Assembly (NCBI GenBank): GCA_963666835.2
Contig: CAXXGO010000001.1
Location: 1,056,001-1,120,000 of the forward strand
Origin: Phycisphaerae bacterium
GTDB lineage: Bacteria; Planctomycetota; Phycisphaerae; UBA1845
Length of the DNA: 64,000 bases
Direction: 5' to 3'
A model generated the notes under the pieces. The model ran no database searches and was not told the origin of the DNA. It was given only the letters and a program-made list of their open reading frames with translations. Numbering within the stretch: position 1 is the stretch's first letter; every line of letters starts with the position of its first letter. Shown piece by piece: positions 18,289-29,568 of the stretch. Both the position numbers and the translations under genes were made by a program.

Positions 18289-20148
18289 TCAGTGTTGGTT
18301 TGACGGCTCGTTTGCGACCGGAATGTCAGCGTCCGTGTGTTCCCCTTGGTTGCCGGGGATGTTTGTGCCCGGCGAGAAACCGGTTCCGGCCGGCTCACGC
18401 TTGTGATCCGCGAATCGGGCAAGGATGGCCGTGTGACCGTTGCTGCGCGCCACATCAGGTGCGGTACATCCCAGGGCGTTAGCCAGCGTCGCATCCGCGT
18501 TGTGCAGAAGAAGATATGACACAAGATTGTCATATTCGCATCTTGCGGCGCTATGGAGCGGCGTTGTGCCGAAGTTGTCCTGGATGTCGACGTCGGCCCC
18601 GGCATCCAGCAACATGGCCGCCAGACGGAGATCACCGCGTTTCGCGACATCGTGGAGCGGGACACAGCCGAACGTATCCCGTCGGTTTACGTCGGCGCCG
18701 TGTTCGATTATCGTCTTTGCGGTTTCGCTGCGCAGTTCTCGCACAGCCAGGTGCAGGGGGGTTGTGCCGTACCGCGTTTGGGCATTCGGGTCGGCTCCCT
18801 TGCTGAGCAGCAGGTCGGCGATCTCAGTATGTCCCCATCTTGCGGCACAGTGCAGAGGGGTCTCACCGTCGAGGTCCGCCGCATCGACGTGCGCACCCCG
18901 GGCGAGCAACCGGCGCAGATGCTCCAGTTCACCACGGGCCGCCGCCCACCACACGGCGTCGCGTCCCAGTCGGTCCGTTTCGTTCAGGTCTTCCCGCGAA
19001 ACCCCTTCATCCGAGTTGCCGGCCGACGCGGTCGGTGTCGGATTGGAGGTTGCCTCCCTCTCGGCGTCGAAACAACTGTTTGCGATGTTGACCGTTTCGG
19101 CGGGTGTGCCGAGGTGTCCGTAATCTTCGCCGAAGTAGGTGTCAAGCTCCTCGGCGATCCGGACGAACTGCTCTCGGGTCCGGCGTTTGCCTTGCTCGTC
19201 GTAGTACCACGCGAGCAGATCATCGCACCGCTTGCGCAACTGCTGGCGAACGCAGAACCCGATTCCCGGCCCGTAGGTGCATACGTTCAGGGCTTCGTCC
19301 CAATGGTCCGTAACGAAGACCGAAAAGAAGTCCGAGGTGGGGCGTACATGGATGTTGAGCTTCCAGAGAGGGCCGTCCCTTACGAGCATTGGGGGGTGAA
19401 GCGTGCCCCGGATAGACACTTCTTCCGTTAGATTCCTGAAGAACTTCAGCCCGGCGTAGTTTGCGGCCAGGTCGGCGTTCGAGCGCACTCCGGTCGTCAG
19501 CATTCCGAGCAAGGTGTTCTCTGACAACAGCAGATTACCACCCGTACCCAGGGCGACCGCCCGGCGCGTGGCCTCTTGGTCGCTTAGCTCTTGGCTCTTT
19601 GCCCTGCGGTATTCCGCGAAGTAGAGGTAGCCCATGTGGACGAAATGCACGATTTTGTCCGTGCCGAGGTATGTCCCGTCGATCATAATCGTGGACGTTC
19701 GCGCCAGCCGGACGGGCTTGGTGAAGTCCAACAATAGCGCCCAATGGTGATAGATCCAGAAGAACGGTTGGTGGGCGACTACGAGCCCCGGATACCGGTT
19801 ACGCAGCTCGGGAGTCCGCAGTCGAAACTCCAGGGTCTCGACGTAGTTCATAACCGGCGGGCACTCCAGTAGAAGAGCCCAGGCAATTGTGTCGGGCGAT
19901 TGGAGCTGCGCCGTTGCCTCGGGGCTGTCACCGTGGCGAAGCGAGTGCTCGATCCGGGCGTTGGTCTTCTCCACCGCCGAGACGATCCGGTCGTGAAAGA
20001 CCTCCGAGAAGTAGAGTCGAAGATCGGCGAACTCTCGACCCAGCGGAACGCTGTACTGGTCAGTCTCGTGGGCCGACGCGGCCGACTCCGCCAGGATTGC
20101 GATTACTAGAAACACTCCGAGCTTCGTGTGAACGCACATGGTTCTCAA
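18289..20148 (-). CDS. Exported protein: uncharacterised N-terminal domain plus C-terminal ankyrin repeats
   Basis: Signal peptide ending ASA-H; GETPLHCAA, GTTPLHLAV, GCVPLHDVA, GTTPLHSAA ankyrin cores. Confidence 0.88.
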   Translation of the reverse strand: MRTMCVHTKLGVFLVIAILAESAASAHETDQYSVPLGREFADLRLYFSEVFHDRIVSAVEKTNARIEHSLRHGDSPEATAQLQSPDTIAWALLLECPPVMNYVETLEFRLRTPELRNRYPGLVVAHQPFFWIYHHWALLLDFTKPVRLARTSTIMIDGTYLGTDKIVHFVHMGYLYFAEYRRAKSQELSDQEATRRAVALGTGGNLLLSENTLLGMLTTGVRSNADLAANYAGLKFFRNLTEEVSIRGTLHPPMLVRDGPLWKLNIHVRPTSDFFSVFVTDHWDEALNVCTYGPGIGFCVRQQLRKRCDDLLAWYYDEQGKRRTREQFVRIAEELDTYFGEDYGHLGTPAETVNIANSCFDAEREATSNPTPTASAGNSDEGVSREDLNETDRLGRDAVWWAAARGELEHLRRLLARGAHVDAADLDGETPLHCAARWGHTEIADLLLSKGADPNAQTRYGTTPLHLAVRELRSETAKTIIEHGADVNRRDTFGCVPLHDVAKRGDLRLAAMLLDAGADVDIQDNFGTTPLHSAARCEYDNLVSYLLLHNADATLANALGCTAPDVARSNGHTAILARFADHKREPAGTGFSPGTNIPGNQGEHTDADIPVANEPSNQH

Positions 20149-20731
20149 CCCCGTACTGCACGGATGCGATGCAGTCAGTTATAAACGCATTCAAAGACGG
20201 CGCAGGCACCTCGCCCAAGGCGTCTTGCGATACCAAAGCAAGAATCGGCTTGGAGCCGGCCCCCTGTCACAACGGGCTCCCCAAGGGGAACCCGATCCTA
20301 GCGGCTCAATGCCTCCGTCGGCGCTGGGCTGAGACCGCGAAACGTTGTTGGTCGGTTGTTAACCGCCCGGTCGTCCTATCGGCATCGACCGCACGAGTAC
20401 TTCATTTGATGTGTCATTATCGATCAGGCACGCGGGGGTGCGTGCTCTGAGTTTATTTTCTTAATCGAGCGGTGAGCCCCGGCGTTTTGCTCGCGTTGGC
20501 TCGGCCGGATTGCGGGTTAGCTTACGTTTTGGCTCACGGACCATGCGCGGGGATATCCGAAGCGGTGTGTCGTAGCGGCGGGTGGATCCGCGGATCCGGC
20601 TATCGACCTGAACCGGGATTGCGGCTCCTTCTTGAATCGGGCCAATGCGATGGGGTATGCTGAAGCCGAGCGAGCCCATCTGCCCGGGTCCGAGGGACGC
20701 AACGGATGGCATTCAAATCAGGAGAGCGACA

Positions 20732-23700
20732 ATGTGGGCACGAATACTCCCCGCCGTGTTGGTCAGTGGACTCTTGCCGATCACCGTCCTGGCCGCCGAT
20801 CCGATCTGGCATCCCGGTAGCGTTGGCGACCCGATGACGGAGCACGTCCACAATACCGGTGGCGGTCGGAGCATTACGTGGGCGGAGCACGCCGGTTTCG
20901 AGATGGCGGTCGACGGTGCGGATGTCTACGACAACTGGACGGGCGTGGATGATGCCCCGAAGGTCCGGATGACGACGGCTGACACTCTGCTCGGTGTTCG
21001 GGAGATGAACTTCACGATCACCGCGAAGCTCGAGTTGACCCCGGGTTATGGGTCCAGATTCCACGCCGGGCTGTGTGTGGTGTTCGGCAGTACCGACGTG
21101 CTGATCTGGGGGCCGCACGGGGCGACGGATCTTGCTCTGCGCCGACCGGGCAGTAGTAGCACGTGGCAGACCTACGCCCACGAGGTCGTATGGCTCAAGC
21201 TCCAACGCGAGGGCAACATCTACTGGGCCTGGTATAGCGCGGACGGCAAGTTCTGGAACCGGGCCGGTTCGATCACGACCCTGGCTACCGACATTCCGTT
21301 CTATGTGGGGACAATGCTCAAGACCTGGAGCAGCCCGCACGCCGAAACGGTCAAGTTTCGCCACCTGGAGGTCACTCATGTCGAGAATGACTCGATGATG
21401 TACGTCCACAACGTGCCTTATGGGACGATAGACTCAACTGCCCCGAGGTTCGTCTACGGCCTGTCCGGCAACGAGATCCTGTTCAGGCTGTACATCCACG
21501 ACATCGGGGCGGCGGGAGGGAATCCTTATGACACCAAGCTATATCTGATCCACGGGTCGGGTCGGCACGACACCACCGGCGACGGAGTGGATGACACGTA
21601 CGATGCCCATCTGACCTTCGACCGCATTACCGGTGACGTGAGCAACCCGGCCAACACCCAGACGTTTACGGACCGCAACGCCGTAATTGTTGCCCCGCGG
21701 TTCCTCTGGGGCGAGCATCCCTACCACGATTACGACGATCGTCCGAACTTTGGCTATCAGTTTCTGCGGGGCGAAGAGGATCGGATCCTGATGGACCTGC
21801 ACGAAGATGTCATCCGTTTCAGATTCCCCGCCGACAGCATGAGCACCGACGACCGTTTCTATACCCTCGGGCACTCCGGAGGCGGGCAGTACGTCTCACG
21901 TTTCGTGCTGGCTCATGCTGACAAACTGTACCGCGCGGCGGCTTCGAGCCCGGCAACCTGTGCGTTTCCGACGTATGAGTACGATTGGCCGCGGGGGATC
22001 AGCATGCCCCCGGAGTACCTGGACGGCAATCCGGAGCTGGCCATCGACTTGCCGACCGCGTACGCGCTTCCGCTGGCCGTAGTCACCGGGGAGAACGACA
22101 ATATTGTCGGGCGCGGCGAAGAGGCCGACCACTATGAGGCGTGGGTCCTGGCCTACTCGCGCCACGACGAAGCCCGCAAGTGGGTCAGGCAGATGTATCA
22201 GCGCAGTGGGCATACCGCCGACACCAAGCTCTATTTAGTGCCGGAAGGCAGTCACTGGTTTAATGAGGACAAGCGGCTCACGGCCCTGGCGCACCTTTTC
22301 GGGAACGCGTCGGAGCGAGATGATATAGCGAAGTTGAGTTATCATTTCACCCCGGACCATCAAGATGGCGAGAACTTCGTCACGGCGGCTGAGGTGCCCG
22401 AGGAGTTGCTCTATTACTACAAATTCACGCGCTACGGACGACCGCCGCTCACTTCCACGCATCGGTATGAGTTTCGCCCCGGCTCCATTTGGGCTCTCGG
22501 TACCGACGAGGACGGGCAGCCGCAGAACGGGGCCTACTTCTCGCTGACGCACGACGATACGACGCTCAGCGTTTCGTTCGACGGCGAAGTGTATACCTAC
22601 CCGAGCTTCATCTACGGCCGCCTCCGGCTCTACAGCGAAAGCGGAGACTACATGCTCGAGCAATCGCCGGTGGTTACGCCGTATTTCATAGATGAAGAAG
22701 TTGTCGGCCGGACTCTGAACCTGTATGTGTGCGATGGGCGCAACGAGAACGGCCCTACGGCCGGACCGCTGCCCACCGAGTCGATCCGGTTCAACGCTGA
22801 TGGGACCGTTACCGCTACCGATTTGACGACCGGCCTGCCGGTAGTCATTCCGAACATGGAGCGATGGTACCACGACAACGAGATGCACTTGCTGTATTTT
22901 ACCAACGCCGGCGGGACCGTTCACCATGACATTCGCATTGGTGAGTGGCGCTGGGGCCGGGATGCTCTGGACCAGCCCTTCCTGGCCGGCTGGCACACGA
23001 AGGACGAATCGGGGATCCCGCGCGTCGAGTTTCAGACTAATGAGGTCTACAACCCGCGTTACTTCGAAGAATGGGACGTGGCGAATCTGGACTTTGACGA
23101 GGACGGACATACCGACATTCTCGACAACTGCCCGGTCACGCCGAATGCCGGCCAGGCCGACTACGATGCTGACGGTGTCGGCAACGAGTGTGATCCGACC
23201 CCGCTCTCGGCCCCGCCGAACGTAGTTGCGGGGGACGGTACGTCCATCGGATCCGTGTTGATTACTTGGGGCGCCGTGGCACATGCTTCACACTATCGGG
23301 TGTGGCGCGTTGACCCGGCCAATCCGACGGCTTGGATCGCTGTCAGTAGTTGGCAGACCACGCGCAGCTTCCGCGACTACCCACCGTTGCCGGGGCACAC
23401 CTACCTGTACACCGTTAGTGCCGCGGTGGACGCTGCCGGAACGTGGGAGGGCCTGCGAAGCCAGAGCGACGAGGGCTGGGCAGCCTTGGCGCGGCCTACG
23501 AATGTGGCTGCTAGTGACAACACGATTACCACGCACGTTGCCGTAACTTGGAGCAGCGTCTCCGGGGCAAGCCACTACCGGGTCTATCGCGACAACGCCG
23601 GTAACCCGGTCAGCGGGTGGATAACCCAGACGGCTTTCAGCGACACCGGAGCCGAGCCGGGCGTTACGTACGTGTACGGGGTCTCGGCGGCGGTAAGCAG

Positions 23701-25261
23701 CAGCGGGGCGCGCGAAAGTGTCATCAGTGTGCCGGATAGCGGGATGCGGGCGCTGGACTGCAACGAGAACGGTGTGCCCGATTGGCAGGACGTCGAATCA
23801 GGCGGCAGCGCTGACTGCACCGGAAACGGCATTCCGGACGAGTGTGATATCGAGGCCGGAACGAGTGAAGACTGCAATCTCAACGGCGTGCCCGATGAGT
23901 GCGACGTTTCCGTACAGGAGGTCGGCTTCGGTCCGTATCGAACGTACGCCGTATCCCAGGGGCCATACAAACTGCGGCTTGCACCGATGGACCGGAGCAA
24001 GGGGATCGATCTGGTCGTTGCCAACTACGAATCGAAGGAGCTGTGGGTGATGTTGTCGGGACTCGGCGGATTCATATTGGACGAGGTTTATCCGCTCGGC
24101 AACTCGCCGTGCGCGATAGCCTTGGGTGATTTCAATGGCGATCGGGATACCGACGTCGCAGTAGCCACGTGCGAAGATGCCGTTTTGACGATTCTGATCA
24201 ACGACGGTGACGGAGCCCTGTCAGCAGGACCGAGCTATACCGTGCCGGACGGGCCGCTGGACATGGTCGCGGCCGATATGGACGGCGACCGCGATCTCGA
24301 CCTGGTGGTGGTGTGCTACCTGGCCGAGCAGTTCCAGATTCTGGAAAACATCGGCTCGCACGCGTTCACCGCCATGCTCACTAAGGGGGTCGGAACCGAG
24401 CCGGTGGCCGTGGCCGTGGCGGACTTCAACTCCGACGGAGACAACGACTTCGTTATCGCCAACAACGGCGACGACAATGTGACGATGTGGCACGGAAAGG
24501 GGGGTGGCGTCTTCGTCCACGCAGGAGAACTCAGTTCCGGACCCGCGCCGGGGGCATTAGTGCCGGTGGATGTGGACGGCGACCGGGATGTCGACCTGGC
24601 CGTGGTCAACGTCGACGACTCTACGGTTACTGTGTTGGAGAACGCGGTCCATTGGGCGACGTTGGGGACGTTCGAGGTCGGCGACTTGCCCTTGGACTTG
24701 TTGGCGTGCGATGCCGACGCTGACGGAGATCCGGATTTGGTCTCCGCCGACCGGGACAGCGATACGATTTCGCTCCTGCTCAACAACGGTGACGGCACGT
24801 TCGCTGATGCCCTCGGTTTCGCGACGGGTGAGGGGCCTGCCTCGATCGGCACCGCCGAGCTTACGGGCGATACCGTTCCGGAGATCGTGGTCGCCAACAT
24901 TTACGATGACACCGTTTCGGTTCTGTCGAATACCACGATTCTGCCGTTTAGCGCGGACTGTAATGACAACGATACGCCTGATGAATGCGACATCGCCGAT
25001 GGAACCGAGCTCGACTGTAACTCGACGGGAGTACCGGATGTTTGTGAGACGATTGCCGACTCCGATTTCGATGCCGACGGCGATGTGGATCTCAGGGACT
25101 ATGCGGGGTTCCACGCCTGCTTTGCCGGCCCGGATTGTCTGCCCGCCTTGCCGATTGCCGGTTGCACCGAGACCTGCCTGGCCGCGTTCGACGCCGATGC
25201 CGATTCGGACGTCGATCTCGCCGACCTGGCGATGTTCAGCCGGCTGTTCGACAAACCATAG
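20732..25261 (+). CDS. Large secreted multidomain protein: alpha/beta hydrolase, TSP3-like, FN3-like, FG-GAP repeats, dockerin-like tail
   Basis: ATG 20732 behind AGGAG; GHSGGGQ nucleophile elbow; [37 protein letters not shown] and [13 protein letters not shown] repeats; [12 protein letters not shown] and [12 protein letters not shown]. Confidence 0.88.
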   Translation: MWARILPAVLVSGLLPITVLAADPIWHPGSVGDPMTEHVHNTGGGRSITWAEHAGFEMAVDGADVYDNWTGVDDAPKVRMTTADTLLGVREMNFTITAKLELTPGYGSRFHAGLCVVFGSTDVLIWGPHGATDLALRRPGSSSTWQTYAHEVVWLKLQREGNIYWAWYSADGKFWNRAGSITTLATDIPFYVGTMLKTWSSPHAETVKFRHLEVTHVENDSMMYVHNVPYGTIDSTAPRFVYGLSGNEILFRLYIHDIGAAGGNPYDTKLYLIHGSGRHDTTGDGVDDTYDAHLTFDRITGDVSNPANTQTFTDRNAVIVAPRFLWGEHPYHDYDDRPNFGYQFLRGEEDRILMDLHEDVIRFRFPADSMSTDDRFYTLGHSGGGQYVSRFVLAHADKLYRAAASSPATCAFPTYEYDWPRGISMPPEYLDGNPELAIDLPTAYALPLAVVTGENDNIVGRGEEADHYEAWVLAYSRHDEARKWVRQMYQRSGHTADTKLYLVPEGSHWFNEDKRLTALAHLFGNASERDDIAKLSYHFTPDHQDGENFVTAAEVPEELLYYYKFTRYGRPPLTSTHRYEFRPGSIWALGTDEDGQPQNGAYFSLTHDDTTLSVSFDGEVYTYPSFIYGRLRLYSESGDYMLEQSPVVTPYFIDEEVVGRTLNLYVCDGRNENGPTAGPLPTESIRFNADGTVTATDLTTGLPVVIPNMERWYHDNEMHLLYFTNAGGTVHHDIRIGEWRWGRDALDQPFLAGWHTKDESGIPRVEFQTNEVYNPRYFEEWDVANLDFDEDGHTDILDNCPVTPNAGQADYDADGVGNECDPTPLSAPPNVVAGDGTSIGSVLITWGAVAHASHYRVWRVDPANPTAWIAVSSWQTTRSFRDYPPLPGHTYLYTVSAAVDAAGTWEGLRSQSDEGWAALARPTNVAASDNTITTHVAVTWSSVSGASHYRVYRDNAGNPVSGWITQTAFSDTGAEPGVTYVYGVSAAVSSSGARESVISVPDSGMRALDCNENGVPDWQDVESGGSADCTGNGIPDECDIEAGTSEDCNLNGVPDECDVSVQEVGFGPYRTYAVSQGPYKLRLAPMDRSKGIDLVVANYESKELWVMLSGLGGFILDEVYPLGNSPCAIALGDFNGDRDTDVAVATCEDAVLTILINDGDGALSAGPSYTVPDGPLDMVAADMDGDRDLDLVVVCYLAEQFQILENIGSHAFTAMLTKGVGTEPVAVAVADFNSDGDNDFVIANNGDDNVTMWHGKGGGVFVHAGELSSGPAPGALVPVDVDGDRDVDLAVVNVDDSTVTVLENAVHWATLGTFEVGDLPLDLLACDADADGDPDLVSADRDSDTISLLLNNGDGTFADALGFATGEGPASIGTAELTGDTVPEIVVANIYDDTVSVLSNTTILPFSADCNDNDTPDECDIADGTELDCNSTGVPDVCETIADSDFDADGDVDLRDYAGFHACFAGPDCLPALPIAGCTETCLAAFDADADSDVDLADLAMFSRLFDKP

Positions 25262-25334
25262 AGCAGAAAAGGACCAAGATGATCTTGGGGATGGCCGGAG
25301 AACCACCCTGATCCCCTCCCTGGGGCGTCCCCCG

Positions 25335-26042
25335 TCAATGCGCCGCCAGGCGCTGCCGCAGCCAGTCCACGGTTACACCCTTCTCGGCGAGCAGGTCGGC
25401 CACGCGGCCGGTCGGATCGCGCATCAGCCCCAGCAAGAGGTGTTGCGGCTCTATCTCCCCGGCTCCCAGGCGGTTCGCCGAGTCCACGGCCAGTATCAGC
25501 GTGTGCCAGAAGGTGGGTGAGCGGAAGGCCTTGGCTAACTCCTGCTGATGGACCCATTCGAAGTCGCCGTGCCGGGAGTGGGCCACATCGTGCGACGGCT
25601 CCGTAGCTGAGCGGAGCAAGGCCAGCGTCTTCTCCCGCAGTTGACCGAAATCAACATTCTGGTCGCGCAGTACCTTAGCGGCGATGCTCTCCCCCTGAGC
25701 GAGAATGCCGAGGATCAGGTGTTCTGTTCCGACGTAGCGGTGGTTGAACTTGCGGGCCTCTTCGATCGCCAGGCTGATGACCGCCCGAAGTTCCTCGGTG
25801 TGGGCGCGGCGCCCCAACACACTTGCGGCTTCGCCTTTCTCCATGCGCTCACAGATCTCCGCCCGGACCTTGTCCAAGTCCACGTCGAGCACCCGGAGGG
25901 TCTCGGTGGCCACGCACTCGCCCTCGGCGATGAGCCCCAGCATGAGATGAGCGGGGCTAAGACCGGTGTGGTTCAGCTTACCGGCCTCGAGGTTCGCCAA
26001 CGCCATCGCGTGTCGAGCCCGATCGGAGAATCTCTCATGCAT
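25335..26042 (-). CDS. Stand-alone Clp N-terminal (Clp R repeat) domain protein, no AAA+ module
   Basis: MHERFSDRAR..AHLMLGL, EEARKFNHRYVGTEHLILGIL, EIEPQHLLLGL; 235 aa with no Walker motifs. Confidence 0.85.
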   Translation of the reverse strand: MHERFSDRARHAMALANLEAGKLNHTGLSPAHLMLGLIAEGECVATETLRVLDVDLDKVRAEICERMEKGEAASVLGRRAHTEELRAVISLAIEEARKFNHRYVGTEHLILGILAQGESIAAKVLRDQNVDFGQLREKTLALLRSATEPSHDVAHSRHGDFEWVHQQELAKAFRSPTFWHTLILAVDSANRLGAGEIEPQHLLLGLMRDPTGRVADLLAEKGVTVDWLRQRLAAH

Positions 26043-26380
26043 GACCGTTTGTCTCCAGAGTATTAAGCGTGTATCGGAACGCTGCGCACACCCTACGAGG
26101 CCGCCACTTCGGCCGTCCTACGGCGAGCAGGGGCGTCGGATGGAACCCGCCATTGCCGGCGCCATTCTATCGCCCGGTTACGGACAAGGCCATGGGTGAA
26201 CCACAACCGAACACAAGAGCGGCCCATTCCAGCGTCCTTGAGAGACTCGATGGTAAGCGGGACACGGGGGCCGATACGTCGACCACGTCAGATCCTAACT
26301 CGTTTGTTAACAAGGTGTACTGTTGTTTGCGAGTGACCGGTGTTGACGCGCGAGCGCCGGTGTTGTCTTCAGGCTAGGAC

Positions 26381-26409
26381 ATGAAATCGGGCAAAGGCAG
26401 CGGTATAAT
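26381..26409 (+). promoter_or_regulatory. Candidate sigma70 promoter
   Basis: ATGAAA-N17-TATAAT upstream of the 26604 gene. Confidence 0.45.
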
Positions 26410-26603
26410 GGCGGCTGCGGAGCATGGCTGGTGCACGTAAGAGGCCCTATCTCGCTATCGTTTTCGGTGGCAGCTCGTGGTGGACGGGCTGCTTCTGAAG
26501 CGGATGCTCTATGAAGTAATCGCCTTGCGAGGTTTGACATGTGCGCCGGCCCCTGGCTGCGGAGGCGGCGGATGAGGAGAATCGAGAATTCCAGATGGAG
26601 GAG

Positions 26604-29336
26604 ATGAGCATGTCACGAGGCATCATCAGTATCACCGTCATGTTGTTCGTCAGCACTGCAGTGCTGAGTGTCGAGACCCGAGCCCGAGTCATTAATGAAG
26701 CGGCGACGATCGAGTGCGTGGCGTACGCGGATGGAAACATCCGTGACCGTGATAGCGCGTACGCGTGTCTGCTGAACCGCAAGATCCTCGAGGCCGTATC
26801 GGAGGATGGTCACGGCGTATCCGGCGTTGACTGCGGCAGCGCGATTGTCCTGCCACCCGGTGTCTCGGGAGTGGCAGCGGTCAAGGCGATCGCTTCCGGA
26901 AGCAGGGACAAATCGGAGAGTTGCGCCGTGATGGCAGGATCTGATGCCGGAGCCGATGTGATTCTCGCTGACCTGCAGAGCGTCGTGCGTTACGGCGACG
27001 AAGGGGGTGTCACGGCATTGTCAATCGGCACGACCAACTGCAACGTCGGCACGGAACGAGTTGATTGCCAGTACCGGACGAATAAGCATCCGGTGGAAGG
27101 GCTGGGACTTTATCGACTTAACGGCGACCGGTTTGAACAGATTGGAGCCAGTTGGGTCTTCCACTGGTTCTATGCTCTCTCGGAGAGTTTCTGCGGTCCG
27201 TGCAATGATGTGACGAACGGGTCTCAACTGGGGGTGGGCTGTTCCGACTCTAACTCCGCTTCCCTTCACGCCTGTCAAACGAATCTGAGCCCCAGGTCCA
27301 CAATCAACGCCTACACCGGGTATTTCGCCCATCCATGGGAAGGTTGGGATGATCCGCCGCCAACGTCGATTATCGAGCGTCGTCTTCAAGTTCGGACTGA
27401 CGATCTTGACCCGGTCCGCAACGCAGACGCTCGGTACTTCATCGAGGCTCATCTCATCGGACCGGATGATGCGGCGGCAGGTACGGCCGACAACAACGCA
27501 TCTTATCGAGAGGTTCTTCTAGTCGAGGAACCTCCGGGAATCTACAACCTCGCGGTCGTCGGAGACTGGCGGACTCAGCGCGAGCAGCCGGCGGTCCGGG
27601 CCTGGCAGGATTGCGATTCTTCGGTTGTCGAGACGGATATCCGCGTTCCGGGCGAGGGATTGTTCATTTTGGCGGCCAAGGCCGCTGAGACCCCGACGGG
27701 GACCTGGCGTTACGGGTATGCGCTTCAGAACGTCAATTCGGATCGGAGCGGACAGTCGTTCCGTCTGTCTATCCCCCAAGACGGTATCATAACCAACATT
27801 GCATTTGCTGATGTCGATTATCACAGCGGCGAGATCTATGACGACGCCGACTGGCTGTATACTATCGAGGATGACGCCCTGACCTGGTCGACAGATACCT
27901 TCACCACCAACGAAGACGCAAACGCGTTGCGCTGGGGGACGATGTACACTTTCTCCTTTGAGACCACTTCACCGCCGGTTGCGACGACCGCCACGCTCGG
28001 TCTCTTCAAGCCCGGTGTCCCCGACGATGTTCTCGTCGATACCATAGGCCCGACCCTTGCGATGGTCGACTGCAATGGGAATGGCAATGACGATCGGTGT
28101 GACGTCGACTGCGGACATCCCGGTTGTGACGAACCCTGCGGCGGTAGCATCGATTGCGATGCCAACGGCGTTCCCGACGAGTGCGAGCAAGACTGCAACG
28201 CCAACGGTATAGCCGACCAGTGTGACCTGGACGGCTGTCTGCCCGGTGAGCTCTGGTGTGCCGACTGCAATGGCAACTCGGTGCCGGATGGGTGTGACCC
28301 GGATTGCGACGGCGACGGCATTCCGGACGATTGTGACGTCATGGATGACGCGGATGGCGACGGGGTCCCCGACTGCTTCGACCTTTGTTCTTGCACTCCG
28401 GGGCTCTGCGTTTGCCCGGAGGTGGATCGGTGCTGCTGGCCGTTCGGCCTGTGCCTCGAGGGCATTTCTCGGGATGTGTGCCTCGAAAGCGCTGGGACCC
28501 CGGATTGCGTGGAGTGGCCTTGTGAGGACGGTTGCATCACCGCCGAGTTTGACTGTAATAACAACGGCATTGCGGATATTCGTGACGTCAGGTGCGGTCC
28601 GGGCGATGGTTGCGAACCGCCGTGTGGAACCAGTGCGGACTGCAATGACAACGGTATTCCTGACCGTTGCGACCTTGCCGAAGGAACGAGCGAGGACTGT
28701 CAGCCGGACGGTGTTCCCGATGAGTGCCAACTAGTCGGCAACGACTGCGATGGCAATGAAGTGCCGGACAGGTGTCAGCCAGATGTCGACCGGGACGGCT
28801 ATATCGACGCTTGCGACAACTGTCCAAACGACTATAACCCGGTCCAGGCGGATCGGGACGGAAACGGGTTGGGCGATGTTTGCGATGCGCACCTTGACAT
28901 CCTTCCCGATCAGTGCCCCAATCGGGTCGGGGCGGACAAGGTGCTGCGGGTTGTCGTCGTGGGGGCTTCGGCGTTTCATGTCCGGCAGATCGATGTGGGC
29001 TCGATGTTCCTGGCGCGGATGGACGGCGACGGCGGCGTGGTCGCGGCAATGGGGCCGCACGATCTGTACCCCCCGGTAATGCGCGACATTGCGTCGCCAA
29101 CGCCCGCGTGTGAGTGTTTGCCGGCGGCGGCCGATGGTCAAACGGACCTGGAGCTGTATTTCTACACCCGCGACGTTGTTCGGCTGCTCAAGCTCGGGAC
29201 CGAATCGGCGGCGTCTGCAGGACCGCTGGTTCTCCGAGGTAGACTTCACGACGGAAGTGAATTCGAGGCCGTCGATTGCCTTTCGTCGGAGCATCCTTCG
29301 CCCGGGGCGATTAAGAGACCGAGGGTGGGCCGATAA
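26604..29336 (+). CDS. Secreted Cys/Asp-rich protein with DCNxNGxPDxC repeats and a thrombospondin type 3-like repeat
   Basis: GGAGGAG then ATG 26604/26610 and signal peptide; many DCNGNG/DCDANG units; DNCPNDYNPVQADRDGNGLGDVCD. Confidence 0.85.
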   Translation: MSMSRGIISITVMLFVSTAVLSVETRARVINEAATIECVAYADGNIRDRDSAYACLLNRKILEAVSEDGHGVSGVDCGSAIVLPPGVSGVAAVKAIASGSRDKSESCAVMAGSDAGADVILADLQSVVRYGDEGGVTALSIGTTNCNVGTERVDCQYRTNKHPVEGLGLYRLNGDRFEQIGASWVFHWFYALSESFCGPCNDVTNGSQLGVGCSDSNSASLHACQTNLSPRSTINAYTGYFAHPWEGWDDPPPTSIIERRLQVRTDDLDPVRNADARYFIEAHLIGPDDAAAGTADNNASYREVLLVEEPPGIYNLAVVGDWRTQREQPAVRAWQDCDSSVVETDIRVPGEGLFILAAKAAETPTGTWRYGYALQNVNSDRSGQSFRLSIPQDGIITNIAFADVDYHSGEIYDDADWLYTIEDDALTWSTDTFTTNEDANALRWGTMYTFSFETTSPPVATTATLGLFKPGVPDDVLVDTIGPTLAMVDCNGNGNDDRCDVDCGHPGCDEPCGGSIDCDANGVPDECEQDCNANGIADQCDLDGCLPGELWCADCNGNSVPDGCDPDCDGDGIPDDCDVMDDADGDGVPDCFDLCSCTPGLCVCPEVDRCCWPFGLCLEGISRDVCLESAGTPDCVEWPCEDGCITAEFDCNNNGIADIRDVRCGPGDGCEPPCGTSADCNDNGIPDRCDLAEGTSEDCQPDGVPDECQLVGNDCDGNEVPDRCQPDVDRDGYIDACDNCPNDYNPVQADRDGNGLGDVCDAHLDILPDQCPNRVGADKVLRVVVVGASAFHVRQIDVGSMFLARMDGDGGVVAAMGPHDLYPPVMRDIASPTPACECLPAAADGQTDLELYFYTRDVVRLLKLGTESAASAGPLVLRGRLHDGSEFEAVDCLSSEHPSPGAIKRPRVGR

Positions 29337-29568
29337 GAGAATCCACGGTCGCTCGGCGGATATGGCGGGCGGCGAGCAGCGCGCCCTCGTGCGAACCGGT
29401 AAGCCGTTGTTGGTTGCCCTTGGCTGGGAACGGGGATGGAATGTGCGGCGGGCACGCATGTGGGATCGCAGAGGCGACAACGGGTTTAGGGGTTACGCGT
29501 CAGTGGCGGGTTGGGTATGGATGTTTCCATGCCTGCGACCGGAGGATTCGCCAAGCCGGTCTTCTTAT

